Shown in pieces: positions 52,225-64,000 of a DNA stretch of 64,000 bases. The position numbers were made by a program, and so were the translations under genes. The stretch's first letter is position 1, and every line of letters begins with the position of its first letter. The notes beneath the pieces are model-generated. The model saw nothing but the letters and a program-made list of their open reading frames with translations, did no database searches and had not been told where the DNA came from. Origin of the DNA: the human T2T-CHM13v2.0 reference genome, Homo sapiens; the NCBI RefSeq assembly GCF_009914755.1, contig NC_060926.1; one strand, given 5' to 3'.

Positions 52225-54234
52225 CAGCTCGGGTATGGCCAGACTTGATCAGAATGGAGTTATCAATGCTGAGTTATGTGAATCTGCCAGATGGGTAGTG
52301 TGGCTCCACGTCATGGCTGAGGACAGAATCATCGCTCTTTTTGGCAGTCAGGTAGGCTGCTCCATCTGCTCTTCATAGATTCCGCCAGCGAGCTAAAGGA
52401 AGAAAAAGGAACTTTGTTCTTTCTACCTCTTAGTTTAGAAGGTTAGGTAGGAGGGCATTACTATAAAAGAAGAAGAAGAAGAAAAGATAATGCCATAGTG
52501 GGACTACTCAAAATCAGACCCAAAGCTGCTGAGTTGATAGCTGTCGTTGTAATTCAGCTGTGGTTGAAGTTGGAAAACCTGCTGGGTTTGTGGGAACCAG
52601 CCTCTAGTAGCAACTGTGACCGTTATTTTTCTCTTTTATGGTGTTTCCTTTTAAACTATGTTTGAGATCTTTGTTGTAGACGTATACCCTGTGGCACCAG
52701 CCTGGTGTGTGGAGACATCAGTGAGATACAGCACATAAAAGGATATAGTGTAAGTGTGACGAATCACAATGACAAGGCTGAGTTGGTAACTTGTGAATGA
52801 TAAAGTGAATTGAAAACTCCCTTCCTGTGACAGTGCAAAGGGAAGATGGGGGGCAACCTGAAGATTTGGACTGTGTTCTTTTCCCTGGAAAGTGTGGCCA
52901 CACACACTATGTGCCACCACGTCCTGATCAAACATCCAAGGTCTGCATTCACTCTGTCCAAAATAAATATCATCTGCCATCAAGTGCACACATTATTAGC
53001 AACAGGCTACATGAGTTAATCATTCATGAAGGTGGGGAATTTGGCATTGATCCAACATTGAGCAATGTGTGAGTAAGATGAAAGAGCCTTGCCTAGGTAT
53101 TCAGAAGAAAGACCAGTGCAATCAACAAAGCAATGCAGTTATTAAAGCCCTCCCATGGTGAATAAATACAAAATCATCAATGACAGCTTTGGAAAAAATA
53201 CTTTCCCCTGTAGTGACCTCTTTGTACCCCTCCTGTGTTTGACTTAAGAAACAAAATTTTAGTTTATAAAAATAAATGAAAAATCAAGTCATATCCCAAA
53301 CATCAAACAAAACGAATTCAAGTAACACACTGAGTTTTACTTCTGGCTTGTGCTTGACATGAAGAAATGGTCATGGCTGCTTTTTGGCATCTTTTCAACT
53401 GGACTTTCTTAACGGGACTTCCAGGATGATGTTAATTCAGAAAAGAGTTACAAAATAAAGGTGCTTTGAAGAAAAGAAAGCAAGGCTGTGGTTCAAATAC
53501 AATGGATTCTTCCAAGACTTGCTTTGTGGTCACTGTCAGTTGTATCATTGTCTGGAGCATCGCTTATGAGCCAGGTACCGAGAACATGCACTAACTGGCT
53601 GTACAACATAGTGAGTTCTTTTGTTTTACAGTTGGAAACATACTGCTGTATCCCTCTCCTTATCTTGTACAAATTTAACTTGATTGGTTCCTTTCTGCCA
53701 CACAAATAAAAAGAGAAAAAGACTCTTTCAGAATTGTCAAACTTGCTGATAAAATATTTCAGAATTATGAAAAAATAGCATATTGAGCTATATTAGATGT
53801 ACAGTGTTCATTGAGCCACAGAGGGCACTACAGTGTCCCACAATGATTGGAGAACAGTGGTGAGCACAGTCCTGGATCCCGCAGAGTCACCACAGCCAAG
53901 GTAGGAATCCTCCAGACTCTGACACTCAGAAGTTGTCTTTCCCTGTTATCCCTGCTGCCTAGATGCTCTCTGATGTGGTGATTTTCTCAGCTGGGACTCT
54001 GATGTTTTCTCAGTAGCTGGTGGTCCCTTTGGTTGTAGTCAAGTATGGCATCGAGAACTACTTCTGAATGCCTGTTCACGGGAAACTTCTCAATTCGGCA
54101 CCATGCTACCCACCTTTTATTTTTATTTTTTTTTAAGACCACAGCATTGCTAGAATTTTGAATGAAATATCTCATCGAATGTATTGATCCTTTCCATTAC
54201 TATTTCCATTTGTAATCTTGGCCCCTATACCAGT

Positions 54235-54250
54235 GATATCAGTCAAAATT

Positions 54251-54281
<31 letters not shown>

Positions 54282-54651
54282 TATATAATATATACATACA
54301 TAGATATATGTGTATATATATGTGTGTATGTATATATATATGGAGATAGAGATGGATTTTTAAGTAATTGACTGATATGATTGTGGGGTGGCAAGTCAGG
54401 CAAGAGTTCATGTTGCAGTCTTGAGGCAGAATTTCCTCTTCTCTAGGAAACCTTGATTTTTGCTCTTAAGCTTCAACTAACTGGATGAGTCTACCCCATA
54501 TTGTGTACAGTAATCTCCTTTATTTAAATAAATTGATAGTAGATATTAACTATACCTACAAAATATCTTCACAGCAACACTAGCTTAGTGTTTGATTAAG
54601 TCACTGGGTGTTATAGCCTAGCCAAGTTGACACATTAAACTAATCGTCACA
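54235..54651 (-). mobile_element. MLT2 (ERVL) LTR, MLT2D-like, with internal CA/TA microsatellite
   Basis: 'atatgattgtggggtggcaagtc...gaggcagaatttcctcttc...cttcacagcaacac...agcctagccaagttgacacattaaactaatcgtcaca'. Confidence 0.88.
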
Positions 54652-55594
54652 ATCTCCACCTATGGACAAAAATGCTCCACCACTTTGGTTGAATTCTTAA
54701 GAAATCTGCTTTATAATCTTACCCAGAAATATGGATAGAACTATAAACCACTTTCTATCTTTAGCTCTCTTTAGAGAGCATTCCTGATTGAGAGTAATGA
54801 CTTCTAACCTCATTCTTTTTCATGACTCCTCCTTTGAGAATTGTTGAAAACTATGGGGAGTTCTTTAGGGGAAGAAAAAAATTCACATATATAAATGTAA
54901 TATTTCAAGTATTTCCTTTAGTAGACCTTGTACCTCAGTTTACACATCTTTGCTCCAGATTAAGGACTGGAGAAACAAAACAATCTCTACTTTATTTTGA
55001 AGTTGAATTTATTTTCCTCCTCACTGTGTACATGGCTCAATCACATATCCTTGCAAGTTGAATTAAAGTTAATTGAAAAATAGATAAGGTCAGTTGAAGC
55101 AACAAGCAAAGCTTATACTGTATCATTGTAGATAATTTAAGACATGAGGAGGTCAATTACTTTAAAAGAAAATACTGGCTTGAAAAGTTATTTTTACTCC
55201 CAAGGTTCGTAGGAAACTTTTCTTAATAACTGTAACCTCAACAAAGGAGAATGTTATTTTAATATACCCTAGGGGGCATACAATTTTAAAAAGGTTCCTT
55301 TTAAAATCCAGATCAGTAAGCTATATCTGAACTATGGAATCACCAGAAACTTCAATTGACCACCATGCTTTGCTTAAGAGTGCAGACATGAGACATTAAG
55401 AGTTGGGTTACTGTGAATTATTTGCATTATTTGAATTATTAGTGTGGAGATAAAATGAGTCTTTGTATCATACCTTTAAAAACTCCATTTATAATTAATT
55501 AAAAATTTAATCTTAAGTATATATTAGAGGATCTTCCACCTAAATTCAAGAGTGGTTTTATGTCAATACTATTGGTTTTAATAACTGTAGTGCT

Positions 55595-55915
<321 letters not shown>

Positions 55916-56074
55916 TCAGTGTAAGGTGTTTTATGAACAAAATGTTGTTTTTAAATGTCAGTTTTGTGTAGACACTATATAAATATAATATTGTATCTAA
56001 TAGCTATATTCTTCCATCAGAAACATAGGAAATTTAATTAATAGACATGTGGTAGTATGTATTTTTGAATTATT

Positions 56075-56270
56075 TATTTATTAAGAGCTGTGTGTCAGAA
56101 AATTCAAAAACATCTCATAAGTTCTTGTAAAGTAGGTACTCCTATTCCCATCTTAAAAAGTTATATTGAGACTCAGCAAACTTAAGAACCTATTTCATGT
56201 CATTTCTATGATACAAAATCAAGGTAGAATTTGATCCCAGGTGTGTTTGACTTTGAGCCTCCTGCTTAAA
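56075..56270 (-). mobile_element. MIR
   Basis: 'gtaaagtaggtactcctattcccatctt...attgagactcagcaaacttaagaacc...gaatttgatcccaggtgtgtttgactttgagcc'. Confidence 0.7.
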
Positions 56271-57352
56271 TCTCGTATTTGGCGGCAAGTTGTAGCAGAT
56301 GATCCCTAGAGTCTATTTCAGTCCTATTGCCCCATGACTTTTGAAAGACTTGAACTGAGAAAGATGGTTTCAAGTCTTTTTAGTTATTGTTTTAAAGTCA
56401 AAAAGCTCATCTGGTAAATAAGCAAGCAGCTCTTTGGTTTTGAAAATTGAGTGCTGAAAATGCTAAGGTTAACAAGAGGGAAGCTAGAAATGGGTCTCAA
56501 TACAGAGGTTGAGAAAGCTAGTATATGTATGTAAAGATTTCTTGGCAAATAGCCTATATGGGCATTTAGAGTTAAGACAAAAGATTCGAGTTACTTGAAA
56601 AGATAGAGGGTCAGTGAAGATATTCAGGGAACAGGATGAAGTAATTACAGCTGGGAAATAGAGAAATGAGCTCAGGCTCTTGTTTTGGATATAAGAAAAA
56701 GAAGGGAAGCAGAGAATAGCAACAATTTCTGTGGTTCGCATGGCCAATCCATTACTCTTCCCAACTTCTCTCCTAATTTCATTCACATTCTCATGATTTC
56801 TTCCAAACACTTGGCTGATTATAGTAGAAATGACACATTATTTCATTGAACTCCCAGCACACTCTTGTTAAATATATTCCCTTAACAATAACTGTTTTAG
56901 TTTTTGTTGGAAAAATTATAGCTACACAAGCTAGTCAATTACTATATCTGATAATAGTCAAGACTGACCAGTGGATAAACATGCTAAACTACAGCCGAAT
57001 TAATATTTTGCTTCATATTTATTTGTTATACAAATTATAACATGGTTCCCAAAGCTTTGTTTAGACTAAGAGGTACTAATTGGAGCTGATTGATAGAGGC
57101 CTAAAAAGTATTATAAACTTATCTGAACCTCCTGTTAATGCAATGTTTATTGGGCTTATACAATAAAATAAATTAATTTAGATGATAAAAATTTGGAATT
57201 TGAGATAATCCACTCAGAGTCTGGGCTAAGTGGGTTTCATATGTATTAGGAAGGAGTGTGCTTTCTGAGTCAATTAATAAAGTAAATATTACATTGGGGA
57301 GCATTAAAATATTCAATGCAGAATGAAAGCTATTTTCAAGCATCTTCTAGAA

Positions 57353-57583
57353 CAGTATTTCTGTACTAGAAGATGGGGGTAATTTTGCCGGAAGGGGACA
57401 TTTGAAAGTGCTGGAAACATTTTTTTGGTTTTCACAAGTATTGTATTTTTTGGGGGGTGCTACTGGCATCCAGTAGGTAGAAGCCAGAGATGCTGCTAAA
57501 CGTCCTATAATACACAGGATAACCCGCCGACACCAAAGTATTATTCAACCCAAAAAGCCATTAGTGCTGTGGCTGGGAAACCT
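57353..57583 (+). mobile_element. MER20, near full length
   Basis: 'gggggtaattttgcc...ggggacatttg...ggggggtgctactggcatccagtaggtagaagccagagatgctgctaaacgtcctataatacacaggat'. Confidence 0.9.
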
Positions 57584-59996
57584 CTAAAAGCACCTATTTA
57601 TCTTATATCAGTATGTTTATTATAAACTATGCTTATCCAATCACTAAAGTAGGCCCCCTAAAACTTCTACTAGGAGGTTCTTTGTTGGTCTAGGTTAGTT
57701 ATTGCCTTAGAAGTCATTAATGATTCCGTCCATTATTCTTTCAGTATATTAAGACTGTAACGGAAGACGTTGGCGTTAGCTTATGGGAGTATACAGAAAT
57801 CATTCCTATATCATCAACTCTAATATGGAAACCAAAAATACATAAGAATGACTAAAGTAAATTATTTTGAAACATCTGTATCGTCACAAAATTCATAAAT
57901 TTAAGCTTGTCTTTTCCTCCTTAGACTACATGTAATCTAAATGAAAATTTGATTCAGTTTTTTCAATTTACACAAATATCTGTCTTGAATTTGAAATAGT
58001 TGGATTTATTTGAGAAAACAACTTTTAATAAAATTGAATAGTCTTATAGTTGGGTTTAAAATAATTATATGTTGTGTAACATATGCTATGAGAAAATCAA
58101 TGCACCTTAATGATAGAACCACAGTTATTACGATTATTTTTGCTATTTATTATTTAGTAACCTGATTACATTGTCTAAACTCATTGTACTCATTTCCAAA
58201 ATGTACTTTGTGTTAAGTTGCAAAATTAAAATTGAATAAAGAAATCAACATGTTTAGACAAAGGAGAAAAGAAGTCTCTAAGTAATTTTGCTAAGGCCTC
58301 CAAAAGCTGCTAGACCCCAAGGCAGCTTTGCATTAATTAATATAGCTTTGCTTTAATGATATACATTTGTAATTATGTACTCTTAGGTATCTAAAACATT
58401 TAATGTGTTTCACATGAAAAAAATCCAGTCCTCACAACACCCTATATAAAATAATATTTACTTCTATGTATTATAAGTAAATATGAAAACAAGCCAAAGT
58501 AAGCATTCTAAAATCTGGAAGGCAAATACAGCCTTTTTCCTTTCCTTTCAAAAATTTTTTCAAACGTCTCCTAGAAAGAAACAATTATTTTGTTACTATT
58601 CATGAAAGTTAAAAACAAAGAAACAAATAAAAAACAAACAGACAAACAAAAAAAACCCACCACCACGACAAATTTTCTCCTACAGGGCAGAGCCAGGGAT
58701 CAGAAGGCAAAACAGCAGCACCTAGATTATCTAATCACTTCTACCACATAATCAGTGGCATTTTAGTCCCTACTAAAAACTGCCTCCTCCCCACGTGTTT
58801 GAATATCTAGAATGGATTTTTATTTGTAAAATAAATTTAAGGTAATGAATGGAGATTACAAACTAGAACACCTAGTCGTTGATATATCTACCTTTGGTCT
58901 AAAAAGAAGCTTAAGACAGAGTAGGAAGACATAAAAGTAAACAAAAAGATAAAAATAATCAAGTTAAGATTAGTACTTAACCCTTCACAGCCTTTCTTCT
59001 GAGTGCTCTTGCTAAGTATAATAATAAAACACAGGACTTTTTGACCTAATTCTGCTACTGGCTTTCTGAGTGAACTTAGAAAATCACTTTACTACTTGCT
59101 ACCAGTTTCCTATGCACAGTGATAGCATCTGTACCATATGTCTTGTTTCTTCAAAGTGGAACATCATTTATCAGCCAGAGAAAGATTAAGCAAACAACAC
59201 ATTCAATACTTGCCCAACATGCAGTACTGCATGTGGCTTTTCACAAACACCAAGCTGTGTTCTCTGTAGTTCTAATGAGTATAGCCATGTTCTGCCTTAG
59301 TCAAAATGACTGTATGGCATATTTGGTTTTATCTGAGGAATGTCAGCCAGATTTTGGAGTAGGTGAAATTTGTTGAATTTTATGCGGCATGCTTTAGAGG
59401 TAGATACATGTACAAAATGGATGTCTTACCTGAGAACCTTATAAATGATAGCTTTTCAAGTGAATTCATTAGCTGAACTCCTGAAATTCTTTGAACTTTA
59501 CATGTCATTTATAATAACATTTATAAAAACATTATTTTCAGTTCTCCAAGTATGACTTTTCTTTAGAAGTGCCTGTCTTCTCACACACAGATGGCTACTG
59601 GCTTGCAATGCATAAGCAATACGAGCTTAAGGAAAGTAAAAGGTTCTCTCACTGGAAATCGGTATGCGCTTAGGAGGATAATTAGAAGGATAAACAATAA
59701 TAAAGTCTTACATTGCTCACCAAATTTGTATGAGTAGCATACTTAGCTTTATACCCACACTTGGGGATAATATATGACTTGAGAAGTCTCCTCCTATAAC
59801 ACTAGTGTTAAAACCAAGAAGGAAGTACCTTTAAAAACAATAAACTTCAGTTTTCAATATTCTATCCTGTTTGCCTAAGTCTCTTCACAAAGTGCCTACA
59901 AATGTGGCCATATTTCTCTCCAAATTCTAAGGCTCTGATTTCCATTTCTCTGAATCCCAGCAGACACTCCTTCCCACTTAGCATCCCTACCAACTT

Positions 59997-60700
59997 GTGA
60001 GAGGTGTGTTGTATAATAAAGAGTTTGATCTTGGTCCTGGTTCCTACCATGGAGCTTCTAAAACTCTTGGAATTTCCCAAATGATAGAAATGTCTTTGGT
60101 ACTCATGAACTTTCTTATTCATGATTACATGATTACACTTGAGTTTAAGCTAATGAAGTGACTCATGTTAGGCCCTTAGGTAGAATCAGATTTGGAGCAA
60201 GTCACCAGAAAGATCCATCACGTAATTCCAGAGATGGGATTTTTTTTTGTTATCACAACCTCCTCAGACGGGAGGGAGCCTGGATAGTGAGTTCAATCAT
60301 GTGGCGATTTATTTAACCAGTCATGTCTCTGTAATAAAAACCCAAGACAAACTTTGGACATGGAAGCTCAGTGGTGCATTTTGATTGAGTTTGTGAATAC
60401 ATTCATGTGCCAGGAAGGTGACACACCCAGATTCCACAAAGAGAAGGCATGGAACCTCTGCATTCAGGCCCCTCCAAGATTTGCCCTACATGTCACTTCA
60501 CTTGGTTATTCCTAAATTGTATCCTTTGCTGTGTTCTGTGAGTCATTCCAGTGAATTGTCAAACTTGAGGGAGTCATGGGAACACCTATCTTGCACTGCC
60601 ATCTGCACTCTTGTGAAGGATGAGCCCATGACTTGTGGGATCTGCACTAACTCCAGTTAGCTGGTGCCAGAATTGAATTGCAGCATACCAGTTGGGATTA
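59997..60700 (+). mobile_element. MER21-family LTR
   Basis: 'cctggttcctaccatggagcttctaaaactcttggaatttccc', 'gtcaccagaaaga', 'gtgccaggaaggtgacacacccagattccac' and 'gttctgtgagtcattccagtgaatt'. Confidence 0.8.
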
Positions 60701-62169
60701 CAACAGCATAAGTGCTCTTGGGATTGTTGCATGAACATCAAGAATAGATGAATGACCTGGTACATCTCTTGCACTTCTTCACCCTCTCCCCTCTCCCTGC
60801 TGTTTCTGCTGCTAGGAACATTCCAAAGATACCTCTCTTCTTGGAGATGCTGAGCTATGCTGCCTGTTTGGGTTTAAGGGAGGACATACTGCTCTCCCCT
60901 TTGCTACTCGGTCCCAAGAAAGGAAGAGGTCCTCTTTAACAAGGTGGACTTTTCTGAATGCTTAAGACGAATGGAGGGGTAATGCAACCCAGAGGATCTA
61001 AGAATGCTCTTATCCTCTGGACTGTTACCTAATGGCAAGGCCAATGGAAATGCCCTCAAGCAAGCTTGCTCTTCCATTGATCAAGCTCCAACCCTATGAG
61101 GTTCCAGAAAGATAGGAAGATTTCCTGCACATTGCAGTATGAAGTTTTCCTCTCAAGTCCTTATTTCTTAAATGCATAGATCTTTTCTTAAAATGATTGG
61201 TAGTGGGACTCTTCACTCATTTCATGCAGAGTGGTAAGGTGATACAGCCCCAGAAACATAAAAAGTTAGAATAGATATCTGGGTTCATCAGTCTAGATTT
61301 CCAAAGCAGAGCATTCATTGCTCACTCGGGGCTGAACTCAGCCAATCTTAACCCAGATCTTTCTTTCCTATATCCTTCTTTCAGTTTCTGGTAAATTTCA
61401 GACCTTCAAATTTTAAGCAAGAACACAACAGAATAAGCAATATCCTGTAGAATAACAAATACCCTATAGTCTCAGATTAGTCTAAATTCAGAACAAAGAA
61501 ACATTATAAACTTACAAAGCCTGCAGAAGCTCTGCTAAACCTATATCTAATTCTCATTATCAAATAGAAACTTTACCTTCTTCAGATGAACGTCTGTTTT
61601 CAGTTCGGTGGTCACTTAGGGTTTTTTCTCAAGGACAATGTGCTGCTAGTCTCTTCTTAGTTGTGTAAGTAAAAGTCCCACTCTAGTGCTTTTCTCAGAA
61701 CAGAATAATTATTTCCCAAACCTGAATTAAATTCTCACTCTGGGAAGTTTAAACTGCTTTCAGTATTGTTTAAATGATATTTGGTCTACTTGTTACATAT
61801 ATATTAATACATACATGGTTCGATAAACTGTGATCTAAGGAACATACTATAAGAAGCAGCAACCTAATTACTGAATATGTCATCAAAATACACTGTGGTC
61901 ATATGTATAAACGTGATATATTTTACCCAATACAGCTGGACTATACCTAACTTTAAATATCCCTTGCCCCTTAGATATTCTGCTTCCTATGCAGAAAAAA
62001 TTGTTCCCACGCTCCAGGCTAGAAAAAAAAAAAAAATACTACCATCTGGATTTAAGACCATTAATGCAGAAATAAGAGTTTGTTTTAAAATTGATCTTAC
62101 CTCACAAAAAGAATAAACTTCAAAATTGCTCAATTTCCCTTTATTTGTAGGTAATAATGGACAACACTT

Positions 62170-62560
62170 TTACCTTTTAAACTCTTGTATATTTTTATTA
62201 GTTGTTTATTTAACCAAGTACAGCAGCATTTCAATAATGTGTATCTAAAATTGTACTGTTGATTTGCTTGCAACCGCAGACCCTGGAGGTTCTACATACC
62301 TGGCCCTGATCTTTTTCCACTTCATTTCTGATAAATAATTCTCGTCTATCTTTGCTTCCATCTCATTTGAAGCAAGGCCAATATTTTCTTATCTGCTTTC
62401 AGATGTTTATGTACATTTGATACGCATCTGCCTGTCCCTAGCATTAAAGTAATCATATCTCTCCAGCATATTCTTTGCCTAACAATAATCTCACCAAATA
62501 ACATTAATATACACATTCTGATGTACAGATATTATTAATAAAAAATAACTGGCTAGTTCC
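62170..62560 (-). repeat. Dispersed repeat copy B (homologous to 26050-26440)
   Basis: The core 62285-62455 aligns with 26165-26335 in the same orientation. Confidence 0.7.
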
Positions 62561-63464
62561 TTTGTTCTTATTTGGTCAGGAACCAGGATATCTCCCGTGC
62601 TATGAATTACATGTAACTTTAGTGGCTGTAACTTAAAAAAAAGATTTTATTCTTCAGTGAGAACATTAGCAACTATGTTCCCTCCTATCTGGGAAGGAGG
62701 TAATAAGATAGTGTTTAGGCTTTGATGGGAGAAATTTTACTCCTTTCCACCCACTTCCAAGTTCTCTTGTTCTCATGGCCAGAGGGTTAAGCCTGATTCT
62801 CAGTCTGAGAGTGGCGACATGGCTGATAGCAAAAGAATATTTTTGTGATTCAGCAGTGTCTTACACTAGGCTACGTCTGTGGCAGTGGTGTGGTCCTTGA
62901 GGGAAAGGAAGAATGACTGCTCATGGTGGGGCCAGTTCCACCTCAGGACACCTAAGTTGTCCCTGCCTTCAGGGTAAGTGTCTATCTGGGTGAGTCTCAA
63001 GTGTACTGCACTTGGGCAGTGAGGGGAACATTTGTCCCCACTACTCTACAACAAGCAGGGAGGCCAAATATGTGATGCTACCATTGACAAGAGCCTGCTG
63101 TCCCTCCAGCCACACTGCCTGATCCTCCTCCCCCATAACAGTCCCCAACACAGGAGTCCACCAGGCTGATGGACCAATCCTTATCGAAAATACTGACAGA
63201 GCCAAATGGAATGTGGGCACCTCTGCTCATCTTTACAACAAGCTCTTTTGTGTTACTTACTACCTTTTGCAATAAGCCAGAAAAGAAAAAAAAATACAAA
63301 ACTATCTGGAGTGTTTTTATTGTATTTGTGATTCAAATAAACTCACACAATTCTAACAGTCCCTCAAGAAAAAAATAGTTCACCCCTTTAAGGGGTTCAA
63401 CTAAATTTAGAAAAGAATATGGTCTCATGATTTTATCTGAATAAAATAGTCATCTCCTATGAAT

Positions 63465-63580
63465 TCTATCAAATCTATCTACCTATCTATCTATCCATCT
63501 ATGTATATTTATATAAATATGGATGGATATATAAAATATATAAAAAGTATATATACATATATGCATTATATATTTTTATA
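63465..63580. repeat. (TCTA)n plus TA-rich low-complexity tract
   Basis: tctatcaaatctatctacctatctatctatccatctatgtatatttatataaatat... Confidence 0.85.
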
Positions 63581-64000
63581 TTTCTTCCCAACTTATCAAA
63601 GCTTAGAAATCTGCATCCTTTCGCATCCTTCATTTTGAGTAAATACATGCATACATGTTCCATACTAATGATTCCCCTTTCAATTGTCACAATATGGGAT
63701 AATCGCTGGCTATTTTTTCTCTAAATTATCAGTGAAATTGCACTTTCTCCTTTCAGAGAACCTGTCAATAATTTCCTAAATATATGTGGTAGTTGTGTTT
63801 CCGTATGATATGATTTGCTGTGAGACAGGAAAGAAGAGCTGCAGCCCATCCCTTTTACTCTTCACCAAAATGATGAAAAGAACCACTTTCAGTTTTGCCT
63901 TGGGTCCTTGAACTTTTGCAACTTCTCTAATCATTTTTTGTAAGGGTTTTCACGACTTAAGTGAGTTTTGGGGCAAACTAACAATCCTGAAAGCTGTGCA

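Noticed and set aside
62280-62480. Paralogous coding exons at 26.2 kb and 62.3 kb (tandem gene family)
   Set aside because: The reading frames are not conserved between copies (indels and stops), and splice sites are not shared. A transposon relic is more likely.

Overview
This is AT-rich, CpG-depleted primate genomic DNA, probably human or great ape given the AluY and L1PA6-type elements. It looks intronic or intergenic. I find no credible protein-coding exon, RNA gene, CpG island or CRISPR array. The dominant feature is a full-length (~6.1 kb) but inactivated LINE-1 (L1PA6-like, + strand, 34799-40927) with a 16-bp target-site duplication. The rest is a mosaic of Alus (J, S, Y and one left/right chimeric monomer), MIRs, L2 fragments, an old L1M 5' end, LTRs (MLT1, MLT2, MER21, LTR8/LTR26-like), DNA-transposon relics (MER20, MER44B, MER5, hAT) and microsatellites. 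A few apparently TE-free stretches carry promoter-, enhancer- or splice-like motifs and may belong to a lncRNA. Repeat subfamilies were recognised by eye from recalled consensus sequences, so boundaries are approximate unless a TSD or TIR is given. I found no evidence for a novel multi-gene system; the findings below are mostly genome-archaeology and candidate regulatory signals.
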